Positions 12,065-24,610 of a stretch of 64,000 nt of DNA are shown here, one piece after another. Location: contig JAIVFI010000017.1 of assembly GCA_025558095.1 (NCBI GenBank), positions 620,001-684,000 of the forward strand, in the 5' to 3' direction. Below the pieces are notes generated by a model. The model ran no database searches, was not told where the DNA came from, and was given only the letters and a program-made list of their open reading frames with translations. How positions within the stretch are numbered: the stretch's first letter is position 1; each line of letters starts with the position of its first letter. Source of the stretch: Hyaloraphidium curvatum SAG 235-1. Lineage: Eukaryota; Fungi; Monoblepharomycota. The translations under genes were made by a program, and so were the position numbers.

Positions 12065-12284
12065 CGCTATCGGGGCCGAAAAGGTGGTCGTGGAGGGGCG
12101 AGAAAGGGCAAAAAGACAGCATCCGGTACGCTGGTCCCCAATCTTCCCCCCTTAGGAAGGCGGTCCTCGCGCCAAACAGTTCCGATCACGTCGGAAATGA
12201 CATTGAAACAACGCAGATAACGCAAACACGGTGCCAAGATTGAAAACCGTTGTCCGATCGCGGCCCTCGCTTTCCGTTCCCTCC

Positions 12285-13451
12285 TCACCAGCTCTCCGCG
12301 TCCCCCCACGCCGGCCTCTCCCCCCTCAGCTCCTCCATCCTCGCCGCCAGCCGCGGGTTGCTCACCGCGCTCGCGTACGTCACCCACCCGTTCGAAAACT
12401 CGAACCCCCAGTCCTCGGTCCGCCTGCACCTGTGCGACGGGAAGCTCCCGACCTGCAGCCCGCCGCGCGGGTCCATCCTCCACCTCCTCTCGCGCGGCCA
12501 TCCGAACCGCATCGCGGAGCGCGGGGACCTGACCCGCGTTCCGTCCCGCAAAAACCTTACCGTCGGCTCCTCCGCCTCCTCCTCCACCAGCCGCGCGAGC
12601 ACCCCGTCCACCTCGTCCGCGTCCGGCGGCCCGTCGGACCACCCCGCGCCCGGGCCCCCGCGCGGCTCGGGGTCCTCGAACCCGCGCATGCGGTAGCTCC
12701 ATTCGTACGCGCGCAGCTCGGCCTCTGTCGCGCGTTGGCGGAGGGAGTCGAGCTCCGCGAGAACGTAGGCCGCGTGCCATTTCCCGCAGTTCGAGAGGTC
12801 CGGCGTGCGCGGGGCCGCGGCGCGGAGGAGGGAGATGCGCGGTTCGGAGGCGCGGTGGGGGGTGGTTGTTGCGAGGAGGTCGAGGAGCTTGGTGCGGCCT
12901 TCGGGGGAGGCGGGGAGGGGCGGGTCCGAGGGGGAGAAGGAGAGGAGCGGGTGGTCGGTGCATGCGAGGAGGGCGGGGAGCGGCAGGCCGCGGCCGAGGA
13001 GCACGCCGGCGAGCTCGCGGTCCGAGAGGCGGTGCGCGACGGTCGAGTAGTCGAGGAAGGGCGGCAAACTGGGCGCGGGGTCGAGGTGGCGCTTGAGCGC
13101 CCACCGCTTGGAGCAGTGCGCGGCCCACAGGGAGTCTGACGCCTCGACGAGGTTCTTGAACGCCCTGCACGTGGCGCCGAGGCGGCACAGCTCGACGGGG
13201 CCGAGATACTCGAGCAGCTGCAGCGTCAGCTCGACCGGCTGCTCGGCCAGCGGCGAGCGCGAAGGCGGGCCGGCGGGGCGCGCGGCGGCGGGCGGCCTCT
13301 TGCGGGACAGCAGCTTGGCTTTTGCCGCCAAGATGTGCCACGCATTTTCGACGCGCGCCTTGAGCGACGCCGACGCGGCCGAGCCGGCGGAGGACACGGC
13401 GGACGGCGTGCGCGTGTGGACCGCGGGGGGCGCGGCAACCGATGATAACAT
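12285..13451 (-). CDS. F-box protein with a conserved C-terminal domain of unknown function
   Basis: LAEQPVELTLQLLEYLGPVELCRLGATCRAF...LWAAHC is an F-box; C-terminal region KWHAAY...DSLRQRATEAEL...VGSFPSHRCRRTEDWGFEFSN; single long ORF. Confidence 0.75.
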   Translation of the reverse strand: MLSSVAAPPAVHTRTPSAVSSAGSAASASLKARVENAWHILAAKAKLLSRKRPPAAARPAGPPSRSPLAEQPVELTLQLLEYLGPVELCRLGATCRAFKNLVEASDSLWAAHCSKRWALKRHLDPAPSLPPFLDYSTVAHRLSDRELAGVLLGRGLPLPALLACTDHPLLSFSPSDPPLPASPEGRTKLLDLLATTTPHRASEPRISLLRAAAPRTPDLSNCGKWHAAYVLAELDSLRQRATEAELRAYEWSYRMRGFEDPEPRGGPGAGWSDGPPDADEVDGVLARLVEEEAEEPTVRFLRDGTRVRSPRSAMRFGWPRERRWRMDPRGGLQVGSFPSHRCRRTEDWGFEFSNGWVTYASAVSNPRLAARMEELRGERPAWGDAESW

Positions 13452-13861
13452 CGTCCCAAAAGAGCGGATGCGGAGGGGGCGGGCCGCGCGGGGCGGGTGG
13501 GGCGGCGGCGCGGAAGTTCGAAGAGGCGGGGGGCGCGGAGGCGACACGATCAGCGCCTCAAACACGCCGGGCACTCCGCAGCCAAGATTACGCCTCGGCA
13601 GAGCACGGGAACCACAAATCAGGCGTCAATACGTGCGATGCGCGTAGGAGCGGCACCCTGGCACCGGACAGTCGAATGCATCAGGTTGATTCAGTGATCG
13701 TACCTGTGCCGAGGAAGGACCCGGCCATTACCGGGCCCGAAATTCCCGAGAACGCGGAGTAGGAGCTGGGTTTACGACCGACTCGCGCTGTATTGAGCCG
13801 GGAAACGCCGCAGACGCACTCCTGTACAGCCAATCCCGCCCAGAGACCATCCCAGCGCCCT

Positions 13862-14514
13862 TCAGGCAGGGCAGCTCCCCAGAGTCGTCCCGCACCCGAC
13901 CTTGCTCCCCGTGCGCGACCCGACGGGGACGTCGCCCGAGGAGTGGGACACGATCGACGAGTACAGCATGCAGTCCGTCGTCAAGGGCGGGCCGTACCAG
14001 AGGAACGCCACGCACTGCGCGTTGGCGTCGCACGCGGCCTGGCACAGCGCGAAGCTCGCCACCTGGCCCGCGCCGACCAGCACGGTGCCGCTGCAGATGC
14101 CGTCGCCGGTGCCGCACTCCTCCCACACGGGGGCGTAGCGCCGGTAGAGGCCCGCGCTGCGGGACACGGTCTCGGCGACGCAGGCGACGGAGCCTTCGGG
14201 GGTGCCGGGGTAGCCGAATTCGCTGGAGGGGGGAGGGACGCGCCGCGCGGGTGGGATCAACTGGTGGTGCGGTCCGGGCGGTGCGGGGAGCCCACCAGAA
14301 TGAGTTCGTGTCGCAATCGCTGCACGAGCGCTTGAACACGGCTCCCGGCGTGGGCGATGCGGCGGTCAGGCTGATCAGATTGGCGGGGCGGGAGGCGAGC
14401 GCGAGGCGGGCGGGGGCGGCGGCGGTCAGCTGACGCCGCGGCGGCGGCGCGCGGGACCCACGGCGCGGCCACGGCCAGCGCGGCGGCGATCAGCAGGCGG
14501 GTGGCGGTCCTCAT
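13862..14514 (-). CDS. Small secreted Cys-rich PAN/Apple-like protein, copy 1
   Basis: Three exons: signal peptide MRTATRLLIAAALAVAAP, pro-segment ending in KR, mature region with 12 Cys including CQAACDANAQCVAFLW...CMLY. Confidence 0.8.
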
Positions 14515-15013
14515 GTTGTCGCGGGGCGGGTCGCGTCCCACGTGAGCCTGGATGGGGTCGAATGTGGGATGAGGGACGCGGTGTCCCTGGCCTGGCGCCC
14601 AGGCCATCGCCACCCGCACTAGCCAGAGGGACTCAGGGACCGCGAAAGTGTCGTTCTCACGCCGCCGTCCGCCGCCGGACGAAGCAGGCTAACCAGGAGA
14701 ACATACGTTCACCGGCGATGGGTACTCGGATGCACGGGCCCCGGCCGGCGAGCGTCCGTCGATATTTGGGGACCGCTGACCATGGGCGGCCCGGCGCCCG
14801 CGCGCCAGAACCGGATCAACCTCGCCCGCCACCGTCAATTCCACACCTTTTTTGATGGCGATCTTGGCGATCTCGGGCCGGATGACGCGGATGCGGCGGA
14901 GTGCGCGACGGCTTCGTTTGGCAGTAACTCTTTATGCCATTCGTGTAGCTTCGAGTCAAACCAGGAAGTCGCACTGCACCAAAGCGGCTCCGAAAGCCCA
15001 ACCCCGTCGCCCA

Positions 15014-15646
15014 TCAGATGCAGGCCCCTTGCGTGAACCCGCACCCGGCCTTGCTCCCCGATCGCACCCCGCTGCCGACGGGCGCGTGGGACGCGACCGA
15101 CGAGTACAGCACGCAGTCGTTGCTCCCCCCGCCCCACCAGACGAACGCCACGCACTGCGCGTTCCCGTCGCAGGTGTCCTGGCACGCGGCGTACGAGGCC
15201 TTGGCGCCGGCGTTGAGGAAGCTGGTGCCGGCGCAGATGGCGTCGTTCGTGCCGCACTCTTCCCACGCGGCGGCGTAGCGCCGGTACAGGCCCGTGCTGC
15301 GGGAGATGCTCTCGGCGACGCAGGCGACGGAGCCTTCGGGGGTGCCGGGGTAGCCGAACTCGCTGGAATGGGGTGGGAGTGGGGGGATCAGGTGGTGGCG
15401 GGGCCCGGGGCGGTGCGGGGAGCCCACCAGAAGGAGGTGCTGTCGCAGTCGCTGCACGACCGCTTGAAAACGGCGCCCGGCGTGGGCGATGCGGCGGCCA
15501 GGCTGATCAAAGGGCCGCGGCGCCGCGGGCGTCCGGAGGGGCGGGGAGCGGTGGCGGTTTCAGCGACAGCGCCGCTGCGGGCGTAAAGCGACCCACGGCA
15601 CGGCCGCAGCCAGAGCGGAGATCAGCAGGCAGGCGGCGGACCTCAT
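15014..15646 (-). CDS. Small secreted Cys-rich PAN/Apple-like protein, copy 2
   Basis: Same exon structure; VFKRSCSDCD, GYPGTPEGSVACVAE, CQDTCDGNAQCVAFVW...CVLY. Confidence 0.8.
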
Positions 15647-16126
15647 GTTGTCGCGGGCAGCGTTCGCAGTAGGTTGCGACGGGTTGCGAAGTGGGAGGGG
15701 ATCGAGGGACGCCGCGTCCCTGTCCTTGGGCCTGGACCATCGCCGCCCGCATGCAGAGGGATGCAGGGGAACGCGAAAGCATCATCTCCCGCCGTCTTCC
15801 AGCCCCCATGACAAGCTCCCGCCACTGAGTTGGACCCGCGACGGGCGCTCCGAGTCACGGACGCTGGCCGGCGCGCGGAGGTTTGGGGACTGCGCTGACC
15901 GGGCGGCTCATGGTCCCTCGCGCGAGAACCGGATCTGGCTTGCCGCCGTTCCACCTTCGAACCATCGTCGAGGACCGAAGTTGCGATCCTTGCATGGAAT
16001 CATCGCACGCGACGGTTTCGTTTGCAATGACGCGTCTATCCGTTCGCGCTGCTTCGAGTCGGCATCGCAGAGAAACATACACTTGTGAATACGCCAACAG
16101 AGGTCTTTACAACAGCCCGGCCACCA

Positions 16127-16782
16127 TCAAATGCAGTCATACTTCTGAATACCGCACCCGGCCTTGCTCCACGTGTGCATGTTGCCCGTGGTGTTGACGT
16201 GGCTCCGGATGGCCGACTGGAGCATGCAGTCGAGAGTGTTGCCGGACCAGACGAAGCCGGTGCACTGCACGTTGGCGTCGCACGCGGCCTGGCACAGCGC
16301 GGCCGAGTTCTTGGTCCCCGCGTAGACGAGCCCGTCGGCGCTGCAGACGTTGTCGCCCGTGCCGCACTCCTCCCACACGGGGGCGTAGCGCCGGTACAGG
16401 CCCGCGCTGCGGGACACGGTCTCCGAGACGCAGGCAACCTGGCCCTCGGGGGTGCCGGGGTACGCGAACTCGCTGCAAGGGAACGGTCGCCGCGGGGGGG
16501 GGGGGGGGGGGGTCAGCTGCTGATGGGGACCAGTGCGGTGCTGGCGCCCACCAGAACGATTTGGAATCGCAATCGGTGCACGAGCGCTTGAACACGGCGC
16601 CCGGGGTAGGCGATGCCGTGATCAGGCTGATCAGGGGACCGCGACGGGAGAGGGCGAGGGAGCGCGAGCGTGGATGGCGCCGGCGTCAGCTTCCCGCCGC
16701 GCGCTGCGCGGGGCGCGGGGCGCGGGACCCACGGCGCGGCAACGGCGAGCGCGGCGATCAGCAGGCAGGGAAGCGTCCTCAT
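16127..16782 (-). CDS. Small secreted Cys-rich PAN/Apple-like protein, copy 3
   Basis: Same exon structure; MRTLPCLLIAALAVAAP, VFKRSCTDCD, CQAACDANVQCTGFVW...CMLQ. Confidence 0.8.
16494..16512. repeat. G19 homopolymer in intron 2 of PAN copy 3
   Basis: Directly visible run of G. Confidence 0.9.
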
Positions 16783-17221
16783 GGCTTGGCGCGCGGCGGC
16801 TGCGGCAACTTTCGATTCCGAGTGTGAAATGTGGGGTCGAGGGACTCGGTGTCCCCTGGCCTCGGCCTCTGCGGCGGCGGCACCGAATTGCCGCCCGCAT
16901 CCCCACAAGGATGGAGGGGACTACAAAAGTGCCCGTGGCCGAGGAATCCCACCTCCAGAAGAAGTCGCAAGCTCCCGGCTAGCAGATACGCACCCAAGAT
17001 GAGCGCTCCGATGCATATGCTCTCACCGGCGAGCGTGGCTGGCACTTTGAGGGCCGTTCTGCTCGGGCGGCCCTGGCCCCAATGGCGCCGGCACGAGATC
17101 CGAATCAGCCTCACGCTGCTCGGCCCTTCAGTGTTTGACGATCTCAAGGATTTCGTTTCGCGCCATATTGGCGAGGAAGAGCATTTGCTGGGAAGGGAAT
17201 CATCGACTGCGAGGTGCGAAA

Positions 17222-19350
17222 GAGATCCAGAAACCTCGCGCGCCTAAGGAATAGAAGATCACGATGGAGGACTCAGGTTCTATAGGTATCGCCTGCTTCT
17301 GATGTGGGTTTATGGTCCAGTTTAGGCCCTCAAACGGAAGCTCGAAGATGCGCACGAAGGATGTTGACTCGTTAGACCGCACCGGAGCATCGAAAGCTGA
17401 AGAGCCTGCGGCCATGATACTGTCCAGCGTGTTGTAGATAAATCACCTCCTTCGTCGGAATGATTTCGGCAAGAGGAATGTTCCTTCTCGCTGTAGTCCT
17501 GAGGCACGTCCTGCGGTCGGCGGCGAATCGACGCGCCGACCAAACTTCCACAGCGCGAGACGTCCGAGGTTTACCCTCTTGTTGATCGTCGGTCGGAAGA
17601 GAATATCAGGCTCGTGCCATGAGTGGAGAAAGCAAGCCCGCCGCCGCCGCCGCCGCCGCAATGGGCGTCCCCGCACTCCAAGACCCAACCTCTGCTGCCT
17701 CTCACGGCGACCCGAGCGCGCCGCACGGCGACCCAAGCGCGCCGGACGCCGATTTCTCGCCCGAAGAATGGGTGTGCCTGTTCCCCGCCGCGACGCCGCC
17801 GTTCCGGCCGCTGCTGCAAGACGAGGAAGCAGGGGAAGCGGGGGGCGACCCCGCGGCCGAGTTCCGAGGAGCGCACCCCGTGACGTTCGAAACCATGCTG
17901 GCCGACTTCGACGACCCCGTGCTCCGAATGTTCGCTTTTCTCTCCGCGTCTCCGACCGCGAGCTTCCTGGGCTGGAGGACCACAGGACTTACTGGACTCT
18001 CCGAGTGCTTCATGCTGGCATTCCAGGGGCTGGCATGGGCGTGGAACGACGGCCGTTTCGGAACCAAACAGATGGCGGTGGGAATGGCTTCCCTGGCTAT
18101 CATTGCCTCTATCGGCTTCGGAACTTTCGTTCTCTACGCCCTCGCCGTTCCCAGGGTGCCCAAGGTGCTCGATTTTTCCGCCCCGGCGGTGCTCTGCAGA
18201 TGGCTGCAGCTGACGAGGAAGGAGGGAGGGGGGAAACCTGGAGCACCGGTCAATGCTGGAGCCCGCAATCTCGTCGCGCACGAAGAGGGTGACCGTTTCT
18301 GTCCGTGCTCTGTCTGTGTCGGCAACATCCAGCAGCTTGCAGCTTGTATGACCTTCTTGGACATCGTTCTCAACTTCCTCGTTGGATTTTTCTGGGTATG
18401 GACTCCAGGTTGGACTGCACTTGTTACATATGGAGCCCAGCTGTGGTCCACATGGTGGGTTGCGTTCTCGGAGCAATCTACGGTTAGTGGCCTTGGCGTC
18501 GAGTGCTTCTGTTCACTCATCGCCATCTGCTTTGCAGCTTGCGCTTCGCTGGCGTACTTCAGGAACTGTGCTTGTCGCTTCGTTGGCATAGCCAACATTG
18601 CTTACGCTAGGCTTGAAGCAAGGCTGCACCATCGTGCTGTCTATGAGATCCATGCTGGAAACTGTGCTCAACGGACGCCCGAACAGGCAGGGACCGTGGT
18701 TGTACGTTCGCCTGCACCACAGCTTTGCTGCGTGGTGCAAGACGCGGGAGATCCAAGACCAAGCCATCGTCAGTAAATCGATGTTGGTCATCTTTTTGCC
18801 TTCGGTCGTCATTGCGATCGTTGTCAATGTCGTGAGTGGTTGGGACAGGGAATCGAGCATCCGGGGTGCTGACGCTGCCGCCATCAAACAGGCGGCCGGA
18901 TCCTGCGTCACTGCCTGGCTCCTCTTCGTCACCGGCTTGGTCGTCGTCTACATGCTCATCAACGCCATCAACCTCGCCTAGCGCAACAACCTCATCTCCG
19001 TCGTCGCATCGGCATACCACGATGCCCGGCGGGACCTCCGCACGGCGTGCCTCAAGCTCGGACCGACCCCTCTCGCCGCCGCGCTGGAGCAGCACGACCG
19101 CGTCATTGGCTCGTTCCTCGAGGTGTCGCGGTACAGCGCCAAGATTCTGGGGTTCACCGTCACCTACGGAGGCGTGCGGACCATGGTGGTCACGATGGTG
19201 ACCCTCTCTGTGGCTCTGTGGAGCGTGTTCAGGTCTCTGGGGGTGTTCTTCACGATGGAGAGCTTCTGTCCTTTGGTTGACTAGGAGGTGGAGCCAAAGG
19301 TGGCAAGAATCGCGATCGCCGCGCCGTCTATTCCGCCTCCGGCTCAGAGC
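17222..19350 (+). repeat. Segmental duplication, arm A (inverted relative to 39725-41980)
   Basis: The upstream region (e.g. GGATGTTGACTCGTT.GACCGCACCGGAGCATC, TTGTAGATAAATCAC), the coding region and the 3' flank all match the reverse complement of 39.7-42.0 kb. Confidence 0.92.
17619..19284 (+). pseudogene. Disabled copy of the multi-pass membrane protein (7TMIC/GRL-like)
   Basis: Compared with the paralogue at 39803-41462: -1 G near 18457, 8-nt deletion near 18641, and TCG>TAG nonsense codon at 18979-18981; intron 18483-18537 is conserved. Confidence 0.8.
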
Positions 19351-20601
19351 TTCACCTTGGGATCGTCGCAGCTCACCTTCCACTTCCCTTGGCGGTCCCA
19401 CTCCATCCCCGTGATCCCGCCCGGCGTGCCGGGCTTGCTGCTCCCGTACGAGAGCACCAGGCGGTGGTGCGAGTCGGCGGGGGTGCCCTTCTCCGTGGCC
19501 GAGTGGAGGGCGTCGCCGGGGAGGACAGCGACCTGGCGTGTGGGCAGTCGCGTCAGAAATGGAAACGGGGAAAGGAACGGGGCAAGTACCGTGTGGTCGC
19601 CGTCCTTGTAGAACTCGGGCTGGAACGCGGCGCGCTCGAAGGGCGTGCGCTCCTTCTTGCCCTCCACGAAGGGGCGGAGGTGCGACGCGGTGGGGTAGAA
19701 CTTGGCCAGCTCCGTGAGCTGTCCGCAAAGTCAGCGACGGCAATCCCGGCAGGAACAGCGGACATCGAACCTGGTAGAACTGCGGCGGGAACATCCGCAC
19801 CTCCCCCTTGTTGAACTTGTCCAGCGCCTCCTGCGGCGTCATCCACGTCAGGCTCAGCGTCTCAGTCCCATCCGCCGACGTCGTCCTCGAGTGCGCGCGG
19901 CCGATGGGGTACGGCAGGTACGTGAGGAAGAACTGGGTCCGGAACCGCTTGTGCTCCACGGTTGGCGTGTTCCAGTTGGCCCAGTGCACGAGGCGCCCGA
20001 CGTCGGGGGCCATGCCGGTGCCTTCAAAGACCTTAGGGAAGGTCGGCGCCGAGGCATGGACCTCCTTGCGGATCTCTTGCAGGCCGCTGTCGGTCAGGGA
20101 GGTGGGGCGGCGGGGGTAGCTGAGCAGCAGGCCGACCTCCTCGAAGCTCTGGGTCGGACGTCAGTCCACAGGTCCTTGTCGGCCCAGAAAGGGGGAGAAA
20201 ACCGACCTCCCGCACGGCTCCGATGTAGTACTCCAGCCCGACGTCGATCCCGTCCCCATTGGTCTTGCGGTTCAGCACGGCCTCGGCCTCGGCCTTCGGC
20301 ACACCGTTGCGCTCCCACGTTTCCAGCAGCAGCTTCCGCCACAGCGGGTCCGAATCCACGGGCTCGATCGCGCCGCCTTGGCGGGGGAGACGTTTCAGCC
20401 CGGAACGCGGCGCCACAGAAAACGCGTCCGCCCACCGGGGTACACCGTCAGCCCGCCAAACGGGCCGCGCTGTGCGCGCTGGATCATCAGCACCTTGTAC
20501 TTTTCGGGGTCCGCGCCCTCCTCGCTCGCGCAGACGATGAGCGACGCCGCCGGCTTGAGCGGCGGCGGGTTCGAAGGCGGGGTGCGCAGGAGCTCGGCCA
20601 T
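19344..20601 (-). CDS. Nudix hydrolase, NUDT19-like acyl-CoA diphosphatase
   Basis: KPAASLIV, VYP|GGAIEPVD, AVRE|SFEEVGLL, WANWNTP...KRFRTQFFL and MFPPQFY across several short introns. Confidence 0.85.
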
Positions 20602-21226
20602 GCCGCGGGCGGGGTTCCGGGAAGAAAGAAGCGAAGCTCGGAGGGGCGAGAGCGCGGCGGAGGCCGGGATGCGCGCAAGGAGGAGGGGGACACCGCGGCT
20701 CATCAGGTGCGGGTGGCAAAGCCTAGTAGGCACTTCGCATGGTGCGAGTGCAAGTCGTGCCGATCCCCCCGCACGTGGGACGACGGGCAGCCGGCCTCGC
20801 CGCCGCCGCTGGATGCCATCAGGCAGAAGGGCGAGGTGCACGCTCGTACCGTACCGCAGTCGTCGAAGCCACCACGCGCCAGCCTTGACACCGCGCCGCA
20901 GAACCGAAAAAAGCTCACCTGAGGAGGCGGGTTCCCCGCAGGAGGGCCAAAACCGTTAGTAGGCCCGCCGAAAGGGCCGTTGCCGAGAGGGATCATGAGG
21001 AGGAAGGCGGCGGCGCGGTGAGTAAAGTGCTTGAGGCGGGGCTGGCCCGAGGCGGCGGCGACGACGGCGTCAGGTAGAGTGGATGGATGCAAGCGGTAGC
21101 GCCTCTGTACCTTGACCTTCCCTGATTGATTCGATCCTATACTGTACACAGATTCCATGTCTGAAGGTCCTCTACGTGTCGTCCAATCGAACAGAAAAGT
21201 CCTCCGTAGCTTGCCGGCACAGTCCG

Positions 21227-21651
21227 TCAAGCGGGGGCGGCACAGACCGCGCGATCGCCCCTCATCTCGCAGTGTTCGCTGTACCGCCATAGGCAAGAAA
21301 CACGGTACCGGAAAGAGGCAGGATGAATGGCGAAAACATCATGGGATCGGTAAGGCGATGATTTCTCCACCGGGTCGAAGAAAAGACCCACGGCTCCAAG
21401 CACTCGTTCACCACCTCCTTGCCCTCGAAGCACTCGACCACGTGCCGCCCCTCGCAGTACTGACTTTCGCAAGGCTTGTTCCTGAACGAGAAGCGCGCCG
21501 GGGGGATGAGCGTCGGCTCGGGGAAGATGCCGGCGGGGACAGGGTGCTGCGCCTCTTCCGCGGCCATGGCCGGCCCGGCGACGGCGAGGAACAGCAGGGC
21601 GGCAAGGAGGGCGAAGAGGCAAATGCGGCGCAAAGAGGCGGAGGCGGGCAT
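21227..21651 (-). CDS. Small secreted Cys-rich protein
   Basis: Hydrophobic signal peptide (RICLFALLAALLFLAVAGPAMA), then CESQYCEGRHVVEC...NECLEP, an intron, and EHCEMRGDRAVC. Confidence 0.6.
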
Positions 21652-21924
21652 CGTTGACGCCGGTCACGGAGTTCGTCGGGAACCGAACGGAGTGATGGAA
21701 TGAATCACCGGCGACCAACGGCGACTTCGAATCACTGGCCGGCTGGAGCAAGCTTCGAATCACACGCGGCTGGAGCACCCTCGAGTAAGAGCAAGCAGCT
21801 ATGATCATGGCAATCTGCATTACACATCTCTATGGGAACGTCTATCGGGCGCCGGAAGCCCGCCCCGGCCCCCGCGAGTGCCGTCACGTCCAGGATTCCA
21901 GCATGCAGGTACGGAAAGGAAGGC

Positions 21925-24266
21925 TCAGAGGCCCTTGAGGTCCACCTGCACCTCGTCCCGGAGCTTGTCCTTGTACTGCGCGATGGTGCCCTCCCACTTC
22001 GTGACGGTGCCGTTTTCTGGCAAAGGGAATGGATCAGCATCGTGGCGTTGTCAAGATCCTGAAGGAGACCAACCGCAGACGAGGATGTCCTCGGCCACCT
22101 GACTGATGAGCCGGAAGTCGTGCGAGACGAGCACGACGCCGCCGGTGAACTCGTTGATGGCGTCCGCGAGGGCGTCGATCGAATCGATGTCGCTGGACAA
22201 CAGAGTCAGATGGAGCTTCGGGGCCAATCCACGCGCAACTCACAGAGCGTTGGTCGGTTCGTCGAACAGGATGATGTGCGGCCTGCTGAGCGCGATCTCG
22301 CAAAACACGATCCTCGCGCGCTGCCCGTCCGACAGGTTCCGGATCGGGCAAAGCTGCGAGTTGCCCGTCAGGCCGAACCGGCCGATCTGCTGGCGCCAGA
22401 ACTGCAGCTCCCGCGGGAGGTCGGGGAACTTGCTGCGCAGGTACTCGATGGCCGACGCCGTCATGTCGAGCTGGTCCGCGGCGTGCTGGTGGTACCGGAC
22501 CATCTTCATGTTGGTGTGCCGCGAGACGGTGCCGTTGACGGGGACGAGCTCGCCGGTCATGAGCTTCAGGAGCGTCGATTTGCCTAGCAGAGGCAAGAAA
22601 GTGAGCAAATCATTCCGCCGCAGGTCTCGAAGATTCACGCACCGGCTCCGTTCGGCCCGACGAGCGCCACCCGCGAGTCCATGTCCACGCCGAGGTCCAG
22701 GTCCTTGTAGATCAGGTCCTCCCGCTTCTGGCTCCCGTTGTAGCTGAACGACACCTGGGTGAAGGCCACCAGCGGCGGCGGCAGCTTCCCGATCTCCTGG
22801 AAGTAGAACGCCGTCGTCTTGCGCTTCTCGACCTTCTCCACAAGGCCGTCGGCCTCCATCTTGTCCAGGATCTTCTGGCGCGACTTGGCCTGCCGCACCA
22901 GGTTCGCGTACGTGCCGACCGAGGCGATGAACTCCTTCATGTGCTTGATCTCGGCCTGCTGCTTGTCGAACTGCTTGTTCTGGTTGACCGAGAGCTCGTC
23001 GAAGGTCTGGACGTACTGGTCGTAGTTGCCCGTGTAGTACTGGAGCGTCTTTTTTGGCGTCCAGTCAATGATGTTCTAAACGGCGGTCGCAGGTGAGCAT
23101 CAAGACAACCGGTGTCCAGCACAAGCGATCCCACCGTGCAGACGTTGTTGAGGAAGTCCTGGGAGTGGGAGACGATGAGGAGGATGCGGTCGTAGCGCTT
23201 GAGGTACTCCTCGAGCCACACGCAGGCGCCGAGGTCTGAAGCAGCAGAAGTGAGCGAGGAGAATGATCAATCGCAACGCCTGCGCTCACCAAGGTGGTTC
23301 GTAGGTTCATCCATGATCAAGAGCGTGGGTCTCACGAACAGGGCCCGGGCAAGGCTGACCCTCATCCGCCAACCACCGCTCAGGTCCTTGGTCATCTTCT
23401 TCATCCGCTTCGCGTCGAAGCCCAGACCGTGGAGGATCATCGAGGCGCGCGCCTCGAAGGTGTTGGGGTCCAGCCGGTCAATCGACTCGTAGATCCCGTC
23501 GAGCAGCTCCGACTCCGGGTCCTCGGTGAGGATCTGTTCCATCAAGTCCTCCAGGCGCTGAAGAAAAGAGAGATCAGGTCCACGGGAAACCAAATGGTGG
23601 GCAAGCTCGACCAACCTTGACCTCCTCGGCACCGATAGCAACGACGGCCTCCAAAGCGGTCTGCTCCGTCGCCGCGTACTCCTCCTTCAGCAGATAGATG
23701 TCGATGTGATCCGGGATAGGAGCCTCGCGGGCGGCAAGGGAGCGAAGGAAGGTAGATTTGCCTGGGCAACGACGGTGGTCAGATCAATGCCCAGCGTGGT
23801 TCCGAACTCGCCCAGACAACAGCCCAAAGGCCAGAGCTGATGCGGTCCCTCCACACGTCCAAAGATGACGAGACCCACCGCAGCCGTTGGCGCCGATGAG
23901 ACCATAACGCCGACCAAAGTTGAGTTCGATGGTCGTCTCCTGCAGCAAGATGTTGCTGTAGAAAGAAAGGGAGTACAACTCGATCTTGATGTCCCTCGAT
24001 TGACGGTGAGACGTCAGGACGCCGGAGCTGGTCCGGTTTCCGGCCTCCGGGTCGGGGGCCGTGGTGGAGCCGCCTAGCGAGAGGTTCGAGACGGACGAAG
24101 CCAGTGTTTCCGCCGACTCGTCGCTCCTGTCCGACAGGGCGGGGGAGGCAGCCCGCTTCTCAGCGTCCTTGGCGGCCTTCGAGGAGGGGGCGGCCTTTCC
24201 GTTGGCCTTGGCGGCGCCGTTGGCCTTGGCAGGCGCCGGCTTCGTGGCCTTCGCTTTCGGAGGCAT
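21925..24266 (-). CDS. ABCF2: ABC-F family ATPase (ABCF2/Arb1), multi-exon
   Basis: Two NBDs: [43 protein letters not shown]; and ALVGPNGAG|[30 protein letters not shown]. No TM domain. Confidence 0.95.
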
Positions 24267-24610
24267 GGCGTGTCCGGGAGAAGACAGCGACCTCAGGAGC
24301 GTTCAGAAAAGACCGCCGAAGAAGTCAGAGGGGCCCGAAGAGGTGGCAGGAGGCGGCGTCCGGGTGTGGAACGAGGCAAGAGGTGCGGGAGAAAAATGGC
24401 GGGCCGAGCCTGCGCTGGGACGACCGCCCCAACAAGGCGGCTGACCTGGTGATTTCTCGGACAGGAAGGCCATCGAAAGAGGATGATGTCTATTCTTGGT
24501 CCGCCCTGTCGCTCGGAAGACCCAGGAATCGCTCCATAAAGGCCTTGTAGCGCGGACGCATCAGCTCCAAGAGCTGCCAAGGAGCTGGTAAGCCCGAGGA
24601 CGATGATTTC

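Noticed and set aside
13862-16782. PAN-like proteins as substrates of the nearby O-fucosyltransferase
   Set aside because: No EGF or TSR domain is evident and I found no convincing POFUT1/POFUT2 consensus in domain context; the genes are 15 kb apart with no other link.
18979-18981. In-frame TAG as recoding, readthrough or A-to-I stop correction
   Set aside because: The paralogue has TCG (Ser) at this site, the same copy has an independent 8-nt deletion, and TAG terminates other genes in the window.
20920-21130. LLMIPLGNGPFGG resembling the Nudix segment LMIQRAQRGPFGG
   Set aside because: The similarity is too short and the flanks do not align; probably chance or an unrelated small exon.
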